This document shows, in pieces, positions 7,778 through 16,849 of a stretch of 55,467 bases of DNA (positions are counted from its first letter, which is position 1; every line of letters begins with the position of its first letter). Source of the stretch: an uncultured Clostridium sp. (GTDB lineage Bacteria; Bacillota; Clostridia; Oscillospirales; CAG-272). Both the position numbers and the translations under genes were made by a program. Where the stretch lies: the NCBI GenBank assembly GCA_964463245.1, contig CAYXBU010000004.1, forward strand, positions 1-55,467. Direction: 5' to 3'. A model generated the notes under the pieces. That model had not been told where the DNA came from. It made no database searches and saw nothing but the letters and a program-made list of their open reading frames with translations.

Positions 7778-8512
7778 TCAGACAGATTCCTTTCTGTCGG
7801 CATCGGTCGCCTCGACGGGCAACTCATCGGTCGGAGCCACCTCGTCCTGCCCGCCGGCGGAGCTTTGGGCAACGCGATCCAGCTCCTTCTTGCGGTTCCA
7901 GAGCAGACTGAAGTGCGCCTCGGTACCGTTTGCGATGCGCTTGATGTTGACCATATGCTTGCCCCATACGGGCGGGATGGCGATACAGAGGATCAGAGCG
8001 GTGGCGAGGCTGCCGGTCGTCAGTCCCCGCAGGAGCGGGTAGACCACCGTCAGCATGAGCGGTGCGATGCAGATGTAATCGGTGATCAGGACTGCCAAGA
8101 GGGTTACGACCAAAAGCCCCAGGAACAACCGCCAGTCGTCCGCCAAGACGAGACCGCCCAGGCAGGCCAGACCCTTGCCGCCGCGGAATCCCATGAAGAC
8201 GGGGAACATATGCCCCATCATGCAAGAGATCCCCGCCAGCTCACCCGCGATCACCACACCGCCCACCACCAGCCGAGGGAAGAGGCGACCGGCCAAGAAG
8301 ACCGCGATGGAGGCTTTGAAAATGTCGAACAGGGCAGAGAAGATACCAACGCCCTTGCCCATGGTAATGACGGCGTTGGAGGCACCGGCGTTGCCGGAGC
8401 CGCGGCTGCGGATATCAAAGCCCCGCGCGCGAGCGATGAGGTAGGACGGGTTGATACAGCCGAGAAAATAGCCCATAAGGGTACAGAGGATCACAGACAG
8501 CCAGACAGGCAT
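7778..8512 (-). CDS. plsY: Glycerol-3-phosphate acyltransferase PlsY (paralog 1) with about 45-aa acidic C-terminal tail
   Basis: 244 aa. Motifs RGSGNAGASN and FRGGKG. Tail: ...NRKKELDRVAQSSAGGQDEVAPTDELPVEATDADRKESV. Confidence 0.85.
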   Translation of the reverse strand: MPVWLSVILCTLMGYFLGCINPSYLIARARGFDIRSRGSGNAGASNAVITMGKGVGIFSALFDIFKASIAVFLAGRLFPRLVVGGVVIAGELAGISCMMGHMFPVFMGFRGGKGLACLGGLVLADDWRLFLGLLVVTLLAVLITDYICIAPLMLTVVYPLLRGLTTGSLATALILCIAIPPVWGKHMVNIKRIANGTEAHFSLLWNRKKELDRVAQSSAGGQDEVAPTDELPVEATDADRKESV

Positions 8513-8579
8513 ACGAAATTATCCTTTCCGATAAGGTTCCGCGAGGATAATACGTGGCAGTCGAAAGATAGGTGAAAAA

Positions 8580-9233
8580 TTATTTTTCGGGGTCGAGATA
8601 CTTCCACATCCCGACAAAGTAGTTGACACCCGACCAGACCGTGAACAGGATCATGGCGGCGCAGGAGAGGTAGGTCAGAGGTGTGTACTGCACCCACCAA
8701 GCGGGCAGAAGCTCCCGCAGGAAGGGGATCTCATAGAGCATAGGCTCGATGATGGCGGCACTGACACAGACGATCTGGGTGACGGTCTTGATCTTGCCCA
8801 GCATATTGGCGGGTACCACCACGCCGCCCGAGGTCGAGGCGACCAGGCGCAGGGAGGTGACGGCCAGCTCGCGGAAGACCACGATGAGCATTGCCCAGAC
8901 AAAGACCGGTCGCAGGGCATCGTAGCGGTAGACGATGGTTGCCAGCGCGCCGATGACCATGAACTTGTCGGCTAAAGGATCCATCAGCTTGCCGAAATCC
9001 GTCACGAGATGGTGCTTGCGGGCGATCTTGCCGTCCAGCATATCCGTCACGGAGGCGAAGATGAACAGGAACGCTCCCACGATCCCCGTGACCAACTCGG
9101 GCACCAGGCTGTCGGGCAGTACCATGACCGCGATCATGACCGGCACAAGGCAGAGACGGAGCACCGTCAGCTTGTTGGGGAGATTCATGTTGACCTTCTT
9201 TTTGGGGGTGGTGGTCTCGGTGTTCTTACTCAT
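8580..9233 (-). CDS. pgsA: CDP-diacylglycerol--glycerol-3-phosphate 3-phosphatidyltransferase
   Basis: ORF track 8580..9317 trimmed to ATG 9233 (MSKNTETT...), which overlaps the rimO stop by 8 nt (ATGAGTAA). CDP-alcohol phosphatidyltransferase motif DMLDGKIARKHHLVTDFGKLMDPLADK. Confidence 0.85.
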   Translation of the reverse strand: MSKNTETTTPKKKVNMNLPNKLTVLRLCLVPVMIAVMVLPDSLVPELVTGIVGAFLFIFASVTDMLDGKIARKHHLVTDFGKLMDPLADKFMVIGALATIVYRYDALRPVFVWAMLIVVFRELAVTSLRLVASTSGGVVVPANMLGKIKTVTQIVCVSAAIIEPMLYEIPFLRELLPAWWVQYTPLTYLSCAAMILFTVWSGVNYFVGMWKYLDPEK

Positions 9234-10620
9234 GATCCTGTATCTCCTTTGCGGGCACCTCAGTGCCGTACATATCGTAGTCCACGACCTCTTCAATGCA
9301 CACGCGGATGATGTCACCCGGGGCGGGGCGGGTCTTGCCCGCAGGACGGAAGAACACCTTGCCGTCGATCTCGGGCGCGTCGGCGGTGGAGCGACCGTAG
9401 CAGGACTCGCTGACGGGGTCGTAGTCCTCGCACAGCACCGAGACGGTCTGTCCGACCTTCTGCTCGTTCAGCTCGGTGTTGATGAGCATCTGCTCCTTCA
9501 TAAGGATGTCGCGGCGACGCTCCTTCTCCTCCTCCTCGATCTGATCGGGGAAGTCATAGGCGGGAGTCCCCTCCTCGCGGGAGTAGGTGAACACGCCCGC
9601 GTGGTCGAACCGCTCCTCCTTCATGAAGTCCGCCAGCTCCTCGAAATCCGTCTCGGTCTCGCCGGGGAAACCCACGATGAAGGTGGTGCGGATGACGATG
9701 TCGGGCACCTCGTGTCGCAACTTCGCCAGCACCTCGCGGATCAGAGCCGAGTCCCCGTGGCGGTTCATGGCCGAGAGCATCCGGTCGCTGATATGCTGGA
9801 GCGGCAGGTCGATGTACTTGAGTACCCGCGGGTTGTCGCGGATCTCGGCGATCAGCTCGTCGGTGATCTTGTCGGGATAGCAGTAGAGCAGGCGCACCCA
9901 CGGGATGTCGGTCTCGGTGGTGATGCGGTGGATCAACTCATGCAGGGCATAGTGCCCGTAGAGATCCTTTCCGTAGCGGGTGATGTCCTGCGCGATCAGG
10001 GTCAGCTCCTTGACCCCCAGCTCGGCCAGCTCGGCGGCCTCCTTGACCAGCTCCTCCATCGGGCGGGAGCGGAAGTCCCCGCGTATGTAGGGGATGGCGC
10101 AGTAGGCACAGCGGTTGTCACAGCCCTCGGCGATCTTGAGGTAGGCGGCGTAGTCCGGGGTGGTCAGCACGCGGTCGCCGCCCAGTCTGACCGTGTTCTT
10201 GTCCTCAAAGGAGCTGTACTTGCAGGCCGCCTCGGTGGGGCTCCCGCCCGCTTCCTCGGCCTTGACCTGCGCCTCCACGGCGCGGATGGCATCCACGATA
10301 TGGTGGATACTGCCGACACCCAGGATGGCATCCACCTCCGGCATATCCTCGAATATCTCCTCCCGATACCGCTCCGAGAGGCATCCGGTGACGATGATGC
10401 CCTTTAAGTGGCGGTTCTCCTTGAGCCACGCCACGTCCAGGATATTGTCCACCGCTTCCTTGCGGGCACTTTCGATGAATGCACAGGTGTTGATGATGAT
10501 GATGTCTGCGTCGATGTCCTCAGCCGTGATCTCGTAGCCCGCCTCCACGACCTCGTGGAGCATGACCTCGGTGTCCAGCTGGTTCTTGGGGCAACCCAAG
10601 GAAATAAAACCGATCTTCAT
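9226..10620 (-). CDS. rimO: Ribosomal protein S12 methylthiotransferase RimO
   Basis: ORF track 9226..10731 trimmed to ATG 10620 (MKIGFISLGCPKNQLDTE). Radical-SAM CDNRCAYC motif and a C-terminal TRAM-like region. Confidence 0.85.
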   Translation of the reverse strand: MKIGFISLGCPKNQLDTEVMLHEVVEAGYEITAEDIDADIIIINTCAFIESARKEAVDNILDVAWLKENRHLKGIIVTGCLSERYREEIFEDMPEVDAILGVGSIHHIVDAIRAVEAQVKAEEAGGSPTEAACKYSSFEDKNTVRLGGDRVLTTPDYAAYLKIAEGCDNRCAYCAIPYIRGDFRSRPMEELVKEAAELAELGVKELTLIAQDITRYGKDLYGHYALHELIHRITTETDIPWVRLLYCYPDKITDELIAEIRDNPRVLKYIDLPLQHISDRMLSAMNRHGDSALIREVLAKLRHEVPDIVIRTTFIVGFPGETETDFEELADFMKEERFDHAGVFTYSREEGTPAYDFPDQIEEEEKERRRDILMKEQMLINTELNEQKVGQTVSVLCEDYDPVSESCYGRSTADAPEIDGKVFFRPAGKTRPAPGDIIRVCIEEVVDYDMYGTEVPAKEIQDHE

Positions 10621-10702
10621 AGGGAATCCGTTCATCCTTTCCGACGGGGCGGCCTGTCGGCTCCCCGTAAGGGCATGATACCGCCCTTTTTCTCCACTGT
10701 AT

Positions 10703-10731
10703 ATGGTATCATATTTTCCCCTTTTTGTCAA
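10703..10731 (-). promoter_or_regulatory. Promoter TTGACA-17-TACCAT for the rimO-pgsA-plsY-plsY operon
   Basis: rc of 10726-10731 is TTGACA and rc of 10703-10708 is TACCAT, with a 17-nt spacer. About 80 nt upstream of the rimO ATG. Confidence 0.45.
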
Positions 10732-10818
10732 GAGTTTTTCCGCTTTTTGCGGGGAACGGCTCGGAAAAAGAACGGCGGAGCACCTTCCTGAGAAGGAGTT
10801 GCCCCGCGCTCTGTATGG

Positions 10819-11025
10819 TCAGTTCTTACCTTGATTTCCGGACGGGGGATCGGTCGGGAGCGGTATCTCACCGTCGGCGGCCTCAAACTCGCGGATGCAT
10901 TTGCGGATCAGGTACAGCACCTGCCCGTTGGCAGAGCGACCCTCGTAGCGGGCGATGTAGTGGAGCTTGTAGTGAAGGACGGGGTCGATCTCCAATCCCA
11001 GATGCTTGTTTGTCTTGTTCCTCAT
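10819..11025 (-). CDS. Small putative DNA-binding protein (possible ribbon-helix-helix/Arc-like)
   Basis: ORF track 10819..11046 trimmed to ATG 11025 (MRNKTNKHLGLEIDPVLHYKLHYIARYEGRSANGQVLYLIRKCIREFE...), which has AGGAG 9 nt upstream. The strand-helix-helix pattern is my inference. Confidence 0.55.
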   Translation of the reverse strand: MRNKTNKHLGLEIDPVLHYKLHYIARYEGRSANGQVLYLIRKCIREFEAADGEIPLPTDPPSGNQGKN

Positions 11026-11134
11026 GAAAAAAATCTCCTGAATCATCTCGATATGAGTACATTTTAAGATTATTTTGTGCTATAATGTGGGAAGTATACT
11101 CAAATCAAGTAGACTAATTTGGAGGGGCAAGCAT

Positions 11135-11497
11135 ATGAAACTGGCGATCATCGGCTCAAGAGGACTGTATATACGGAATATCGGGGCGTACCTGCCGCCC
11201 GGGGTGACCGAGTTGGTCTCGGGCGGAGCGCGCGGGGTGGACAGCTGTGTGCGGGACTTTGCGCAGGAGAGCGGGATCCCCCTGCGTGAGTTCCTGCCGG
11301 ATTATCCGCGCTACGGGCGCGGCGCACCGCTCAGGCGTGATCGGGAGATCGTGTGCTATGCGGACGAGGTACTGGCCTTCTGGGACGGGCAGTCGCGCGG
11401 CACCGCGTATGTTTTGAGGCTGTGCGAGCGGCTCGGCAAGCCGACGCGGGTCGTCCTCCTGCCGCCCTCGGCAGGGAACGGGCAGGATCCCGCCTGA
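11135..11497 (+). CDS. SLOG/DprA-like Rossmann protein (DUF2493-like)
   Basis: ORF track 11075..11497 trimmed to ATG 11135 (MKLAIIGSRG...), which has GGAGGGG 7 nt upstream. Motifs GSRG, SGGARGVD and VLAFWDGQSRGT. Confidence 0.65.
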   Translation: MKLAIIGSRGLYIRNIGAYLPPGVTELVSGGARGVDSCVRDFAQESGIPLREFLPDYPRYGRGAPLRRDREIVCYADEVLAFWDGQSRGTAYVLRLCERLGKPTRVVLLPPSAGNGQDPA

Positions 11498-11525
11498 CAT
11501 TTTTGCAAAAATGTGCATTTCCCTA

Positions 11526-11554
11526 TTGACAGCAGACCGAAAATCGGGTAAAAT
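11526..11554 (+). promoter_or_regulatory. Promoter TTGACA-17-TAAAAT for the rpiB-like gene
   Basis: TTGACAgcagaccgaaaatcgggTAAAAT, 60 nt upstream of ATG 11615. An 18-bp perfect palindrome lies 12 bp upstream (11497-11514). Confidence 0.5.
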
Positions 11555-11614
11555 AACGGTGGACGGCTCACCGGCCGCCAAGCATCCTGTACATGAGATA
11601 AAGGAGATAACCGT

Positions 11615-12187
11615 ATGAAAACCATCAAGAATAAGGAACTGTTGGTCGCGGCGGATTTTGCCGGATTCCCGCTGAAGGAGGCGGTCGTAGAGCACTTGCA
11701 GAATAAGGGCTGGAAGATCACGGATATCGGTGTTCGCGCCGACAGCGACCCGAACGACACCGACCTGATGTTCCACCGCGTGGGACTGCGTGTCGGTTCC
11801 ATGATCGCCGAGGGAGAGTTTGAGCGCGCACTCATATTCTGCGGAACCGGTATGGGTATCCATATCGCCGCATCCAAGTGCCCTCACGTCCATGCGGGCG
11901 TGGTGGAGAGCGTGCCCGCCGCCCTGCGCGCCATCACCGGCAACGGGGTCAACGTGCTGGCTATGGGTGCCTTCTATGTCGCTCCCAAGATGGGCTGTGA
12001 CATTGCGGATGCATACCTCAATGCCGAGCTGGGTTCCGGCTACGAGTGGTGGCACAACTTCTACGAGTTCCACAAGCTGGCCATCGACGAGCTGGAGGCC
12101 TTTGACTACGAGGAGTATAAGAAGAACGGCTTCAAGGTCAACAAGCTGGGGGACTACGACCTCGTGCTGGAGGACAAGCCGGAGTAA
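11615..12187 (+). CDS. RpiB/LacA/LacB-family sugar-phosphate isomerase with about 45-aa C-terminal extension
   Basis: 190 aa. Motif FCGTGMGIHIAASK and GGAG RBS. The extension WWHNFYEFHKLAIDELEAFDYEEYKKNGFKV... lies beyond the usual ~145-aa domain. Confidence 0.75.
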   Translation: MKTIKNKELLVAADFAGFPLKEAVVEHLQNKGWKITDIGVRADSDPNDTDLMFHRVGLRVGSMIAEGEFERALIFCGTGMGIHIAASKCPHVHAGVVESVPAALRAITGNGVNVLAMGAFYVAPKMGCDIADAYLNAELGSGYEWWHNFYEFHKLAIDELEAFDYEEYKKNGFKVNKLGDYDLVLEDKPE

Positions 12188-12207
12188 TACGGCAGGAAAA
12201 AAGAGAA

Positions 12208-12238
12208 GGGAAGCCCCACGGGAGGCTTCCCCTTTCTT
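12208..12238 (+). terminator. Intrinsic terminator
   Basis: GGGAAGCC-CCACGGGA-GGCTTCCC followed by CTTTCTT. Confidence 0.6.
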
Positions 12239-12255
12239 GCGGATCGGAGGTTCAT

Positions 12256-13212
12256 ATGGAGGAACGAATGACGGCGGGGTGCGTACAGTGTCCCCGCCTG
12301 TGCGGTGCCGCGCGGGAGGGAGATCGTCTCGGCATCTGCGGTATGCCCCGCGACTTGTATGTGGCGCGGATCGCCCCCCACCACTGGGAGGAGCCGCCCA
12401 TCAGCGGGACGGCTGGCTCGGGGACGGTGTTCTTTTCCGGGTGCAGCCTCGGCTGTGTGTTCTGTCAGAACCACGATATCAGCCGTGGGCGGCAGGGTAC
12501 TCGCCTTACGGAGAGGGAGCTGACCGACCGCCTGCTGAGGCTGGCCGAGAGCGGGGTACACAACCTCAATCTCGTCACCCCGACCCACTATACCGACATA
12601 CTGGTACGGGTGCTGGAGAGGATCAAGCCCCGCCTGTCCGTGCCGGTGGTGTGGAACAGCGGCGGGTATGAGTCGGTGGAGTCCCTTGGGCGGCTGGAAG
12701 GGCTGGTGGATGTGTACCTGCCGGACTTCAAGTATGCCTCCTCCGCCTTGGCAAAGGCACTGTCCGCAGCACCGGACTACCCGGAGGTCGCCGTCGCCGC
12801 CCTGACCGAGATGTACCGTCAGACGGGGCGGGTGCAGTTCAGCTCGGAGGGGGAGGACGGGCTGCTCCTGCGTGGTGTGCTGGTACGGCACCTTGTCCTG
12901 CCGGGGTGTCGGCGGGATTCCATCGCCGTGCTGGAGCGGCTGGCGGCTCTGCTCCCGGCGGGGGATATCCGCCTGTCAGTCATGAGCCAATACACCCCGG
13001 ATTTCCTTGACCCCGCCTTCGCGCTCTCGCCCGACACGGTGGCGGCTCTGGAGGCTGAGGGCATCCGTCCCGCCCTTCGCCGCCGCCTGACGGATTTTGA
13101 GTACCGCTCGGTGCTGGATGCCACCGACCGCTTGGGGCTTGTCGGCTACCGCCAGGATCGCGCCTCGGCGCAGACCTGCTTCACACCGGACTTCGCGGGA
13201 GGTCTGCTCTGA
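12256..13212 (+). CDS. Radical SAM protein, PflX-like (pyruvate formate-lyase activase-related, COG1313-type)
   Basis: 318 aa. Contains the CSLGCVFCQN CxxxCxxC cluster and an N-terminal extra Cys cluster CVQCPRLCG. GGAGG lies 5 nt upstream. Confidence 0.75.
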   Translation: MEERMTAGCVQCPRLCGAAREGDRLGICGMPRDLYVARIAPHHWEEPPISGTAGSGTVFFSGCSLGCVFCQNHDISRGRQGTRLTERELTDRLLRLAESGVHNLNLVTPTHYTDILVRVLERIKPRLSVPVVWNSGGYESVESLGRLEGLVDVYLPDFKYASSALAKALSAAPDYPEVAVAALTEMYRQTGRVQFSSEGEDGLLLRGVLVRHLVLPGCRRDSIAVLERLAALLPAGDIRLSVMSQYTPDFLDPAFALSPDTVAALEAEGIRPALRRRLTDFEYRSVLDATDRLGLVGYRQDRASAQTCFTPDFAGGLL

Positions 13213-13224
13213 GTCGCGTATCGA

Positions 13225-13260
13225 AAAAGCCGTTCCCCTGCCAAATGGGGAACGGCTTTT
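13225..13260. terminator. Bidirectional intrinsic terminator (ends the radical-SAM gene and the aromatic supraoperon)
   Basis: AAAAGCCGTTCCCC-TGCCAAAT-GGGGAACGGCTTTT, a perfect 14-bp stem with A/T tracts on both sides. Confidence 0.85.
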
Positions 13261-13269
13261 CCTTTCGGC

Positions 13270-14301
13270 TCAGAGCGTGTCGGCTATATCCAGGATCAGA
13301 CGCTCGGTCTTCTCCCAGCCGATGCAGGGATCGGTGATGGAGCGACCCAACTCCTCATGGTCGGAGATGCTCTGGGAGCCATCCAAAAGGTAGCTCTCGA
13401 TCATCAGACCCTTGACCAGGCGGCGCACATCCTCCGAGTGGCGGCGGCTGTGGAGGACCTCCTTGGAGATGCGGATCTGCTCCAGATACTTCTTGCCGGA
13501 GTTGGCGTGGTTGGTGTCGATGATGGCGGCGGGATTCTCCAGCCCCGAGGCGGCGTACCGCTCGGCCAGCGCAAGCAGGTCTTCGTAATGGTAGTTCGGG
13601 TAGGAGCGACCGTACTGGTCGACATACCCGCGCAGGATGGCATGGGCGTAAGGATTGCCCTGGCTCTTGACTTCCCAGCCGCGATAGCAGAAGATGTGGG
13701 AATGATGTGCGGCGGTGATGGAGTTCATCATGACCCCGATGTCCCCGCCGGTCGGGTTCTTCATGCCCACCGGGATGTCCAGACCGCTGGCGGTCAGGCG
13801 GTGCTGTTGATCCTCCACCGAGCGGGCACCGACGGCGGTATAGGCCAACAGGTCGGACAGGTAGCGGTGATTCTCCGGGTAGAGCATTTCATCGGCGCAA
13901 GCCAATCCGGTCTCCTCCAGGGCGCGCATATGCAGGCGGCGGATGGCCAAGATGCCCTTGAGCAGGTCGGGGGCGGCGTTGGGGTCAGGCTGGTGCAGCA
14001 TCCCCTTGTAGCCGTCACCCGTGGTGCGGGGCTTGTTGGTGTAGATGCGCGGGACGATCAAGAGCTTGTCCGCGACCTGCTCCTGTACGCGGCGCAGGCG
14101 GTGGATGTACTCCAGAACCGTCTCCTCGTGGTCGGCCGAGCAGGGACCGATGACAAGAATGAACTTATCGGTCTTCCCGGAGAGAATGTCCTTCAGCTCT
14201 GCGACGGTCTTCTCACGGGTGGCAACAGCCTTCTCAGAGGCGGGGTACTGCTCCTTGATCTCCTTGGGGATGGGGAGCTTGCGGTAGAATTGCATATTCA
14301 T
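13270..14301 (-). CDS. 3-deoxy-7-phosphoheptulonate (DAHP) synthase, class I-alpha (AroF/G/H type)
   Basis: 343 aa. IGPCS, KPRTT, GARSVEDQQHR and PVGMKNPTGG align by eye to E. coli AroG motifs. Confidence 0.9.
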   Translation of the reverse strand: MNMQFYRKLPIPKEIKEQYPASEKAVATREKTVAELKDILSGKTDKFILVIGPCSADHEETVLEYIHRLRRVQEQVADKLLIVPRIYTNKPRTTGDGYKGMLHQPDPNAAPDLLKGILAIRRLHMRALEETGLACADEMLYPENHRYLSDLLAYTAVGARSVEDQQHRLTASGLDIPVGMKNPTGGDIGVMMNSITAAHHSHIFCYRGWEVKSQGNPYAHAILRGYVDQYGRSYPNYHYEDLLALAERYAASGLENPAAIIDTNHANSGKKYLEQIRISKEVLHSRRHSEDVRRLVKGLMIESYLLDGSQSISDHEELGRSITDPCIGWEKTERLILDIADTL

Positions 14302-14312
14302 GGTATATCACC

Positions 14313-15200
14313 TCACTGTGTTTCGATGGGGGAATCGTTGGTCTGTGGTTTGTCAAAAAGGGAACGGCGGGCAGTCGCCAGCTGCATCTTCTCCCGCATT
14401 CCGGGGATGTCGCCGTCGGCCAGCAGGGAGCGGAAGGCCGCGAACTCGGCGGCAAATGCATCCATCTCGGCCAGCAAGGCCTCGCGGTTGGCGGAGAACA
14501 GCTCCGCCCACATGGCATCGTTGATCTTTGCAATGCGGGTCAGGTCGCGGAAGGAGTCTCCCGTGTACTTTTCCAGCCCGGTCATGTCGCCTGCATCCAT
14601 CAGGGTGACCGCGATGACGTGGGTCAGCTGGGACAGGAAGGCGATCATGCGGTCGTGCTCGGCGGGGGACAGCTCGGAGATGCGGGAGAAGCCCAGCACC
14701 CGCCCCAGCTCGCGGCAGGTCGCAATGGCCTCGGGGGTATTCCTCTCGGTGGGGGTGACGATGTAGTTCGCGCCGTGAAAGACACTGTCGTCACTGAAGG
14801 CGATGCCAGACCGCTCCCGTCCCGCCATGGGGTGTGCCGAGATGAATTCAACACCATCGGGGAGAAGGGCTTGCACCGTCTCCACCACCCCTGACTTCAC
14901 ACCGGTCACGTCTGTGACCAGTGCTCCGGGGCGGATGAGGTGACCGTAGGTTTGCACCCACTCGATGAAGGTGTGGGGGTAGAGGGCAAAGATCAGAAGG
15001 TCTGCCGCGCCTACATGGGCGGGATCGACTGTTGTGGTGGCGTGCTCCAAGATGCCGTTCTTGCGGGCGTAGCTCACATCGGCCTCCTCCTTGGTGATGG
15101 CCGAGACGGTGTAGCCCTGCCGCGTAAGGGCGCGGGCGTAGCCGCCGCCGATCACGCCGAGACCGATGATAAGGATATGGGTATGTTTGTCAAGCTTCAT
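14313..15200 (-). CDS. tyrA: Prephenate dehydrogenase
   Basis: 295 aa. N-terminal Rossmann IIGLGVIGGG and an HPMAG motif. Overlaps the aroA stop by 11 nt. Confidence 0.85.
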   Translation of the reverse strand: MKLDKHTHILIIGLGVIGGGYARALTRQGYTVSAITKEEADVSYARKNGILEHATTTVDPAHVGAADLLIFALYPHTFIEWVQTYGHLIRPGALVTDVTGVKSGVVETVQALLPDGVEFISAHPMAGRERSGIAFSDDSVFHGANYIVTPTERNTPEAIATCRELGRVLGFSRISELSPAEHDRMIAFLSQLTHVIAVTLMDAGDMTGLEKYTGDSFRDLTRIAKINDAMWAELFSANREALLAEMDAFAAEFAAFRSLLADGDIPGMREKMQLATARRSLFDKPQTNDSPIETQ

Positions 15201-16410
15201 GCTGTATGATCTCCAATTTGATGCCGAGCCTCGTCAGGTCGGCGAAGAAGGTGGGGTAGCTCTTGCACACCGCCTCGGCTCCCGTGATCTCCCCGCCGAG
15301 CAGAGAGAGCAGGACAGAGAGAGCCATGACGATGCGGTGGTCGTTATGCCCGCAGAGCGGGCGGGTCGGGGGATGAAGTTCGACGGGGGACACCGTGACC
15401 CTGTCCTCCTCCACCGTGACGGCCACGCCGCAGGCAGACAGCTCCTCGGCCATGGCGGCCGCGCGGTCGCTCTCCTTGATGCGGAGGCGTGCCGTACCGG
15501 TAAAGGTTCCGCCGTGGCATACCGCCGCGACCGCAAACAGGATGGGGGCAAGGTCGGGGCAGTCCCCGATGTGCAGGGTGGGACAGCCGTCGACCAATCG
15601 GGCAAAGTGGGCACGGTATACGCGGTCGCCCTGCAGGGAGTCGTCGTCCAGCCCCTCTATGACTACCGAGGAGCCGAACAGGTTCAGAGCATCCGGGAAG
15701 GCGGCATTCGACCAGTCCCCCTCTACCCATACCTCTCGTGGCGCATAATGTTGCCCGCCCGGGATGACCAGCGTCTGCCGATCCTCCCACGCGACCTTGA
15801 CACCAAAGGCGGCAAGGGCGCGGATGGTCATGTCGATATACGGGCGACTCTCCACGGCGGTGGAGATAGAGATGCGGCTGTCCTCCGACAGGAGGGGCAG
15901 AGCATAGAGCAGGCCGGTCAAGAACTGACTGCTGATGTTGCCGGCCACGGAATAGGCTCCCGTCCGCAGCTGTCCCTTGACCCGTAGGCGGCTGTTCTCG
16001 CGCTCGAAGAGCAGTCCCTGCTCGGATGCGATCTGCTCGTATACCGAGAGGGGACGGGCAAACAGCCGCTCGGCTCCGACAAAGACCGTCTCCTGCTCGG
16101 AGAGCAGGGCGATCGGAATGAGGAATCGCAGAGTACTGCCACTCTCGCGGCAGGGGAGGGTAGCCCCTGATAGGAATTGTGCAGGTCGGAGACCCCTTAC
16201 AGTGGAAACACCATCGGCAAGGGTGATATCCGCGCCCAGGGCGCGGAGGCAATCCACCGTGGCGGAAACGTCCTGACTATCAGCTATGCCGTGGACGCGG
16301 CTGGTCCCCTCGCACAGGGCGGCGGCCAGAAGCAGGCGGTGCGCCATGCTCTTGGACGGGGGAGCCTGCAGGGAGCCGTGGGCGGTGCTTTTCTCAATGC
16401 GGACACGCAT
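15190..16410 (-). CDS. aroA: 3-phosphoshikimate 1-carboxyvinyltransferase (EPSP synthase)
   Basis: ORF track 15190..16623 trimmed to ATG 16410 (MRVRIEKSTAHGSLQAPPSKSMAHR...), 1 nt after the aroQ stop. Confidence 0.9.
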   Translation of the reverse strand: MRVRIEKSTAHGSLQAPPSKSMAHRLLLAAALCEGTSRVHGIADSQDVSATVDCLRALGADITLADGVSTVRGLRPAQFLSGATLPCRESGSTLRFLIPIALLSEQETVFVGAERLFARPLSVYEQIASEQGLLFERENSRLRVKGQLRTGAYSVAGNISSQFLTGLLYALPLLSEDSRISISTAVESRPYIDMTIRALAAFGVKVAWEDRQTLVIPGGQHYAPREVWVEGDWSNAAFPDALNLFGSSVVIEGLDDDSLQGDRVYRAHFARLVDGCPTLHIGDCPDLAPILFAVAAVCHGGTFTGTARLRIKESDRAAAMAEELSACGVAVTVEEDRVTVSPVELHPPTRPLCGHNDHRIVMALSVLLSLLGGEITGAEAVCKSYPTFFADLTRLGIKLEIIQHEA

Positions 16411-16411
16411 A

Positions 16412-16849
16412 TCAGCTGTCCTCTCTGTTGCACAGCATATCCATGGCCTCGCGGTAGCCGTCGATGCCGTGACCGATGATCGAGGCCACGCAGGCCGCGC
16501 GGATATAGCTGACCTGTCGGAAGTCCTCGCGTTGACTGACATCCGAGATATGCACCTCCACCGTCGGGAGGGAGACCGCCTTGAGGGCATCCAGAAGGGC
16601 GATGCTGGTGTGAGTGTAGGCACCGGGGTTGATCACGATGCCGTCCGCACCGGCGAAGTAGGCTTCCTGTATCTTGTCCACAAGGTCGCCCTCATGGTTG
16701 GATTGATACAGGACAAGCTCCACGCCGCGCTGTGCGGCATGAGTCGTCAGCATCTCGCACAGCTCGGTGTAGCCGGTCTTTCCGTACAGGCTCGGCTCGC
16801 GAATGCCCAGCATATTGAGGTTGGGGCCGTTTATGACATATAGTTTCAT
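16412..16849 (-). CDS. aroQ: Type II 3-dehydroquinate dehydratase
   Basis: MKLYVINGPNLNMLGIREP...HISD. ATG 16849 overlaps the upstream stop (ATGA). Confidence 0.9.
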   Translation of the reverse strand: MKLYVINGPNLNMLGIREPSLYGKTGYTELCEMLTTHAAQRGVELVLYQSNHEGDLVDKIQEAYFAGADGIVINPGAYTHTSIALLDALKAVSLPTVEVHISDVSQREDFRQVSYIRAACVASIIGHGIDGYREAMDMLCNREDS

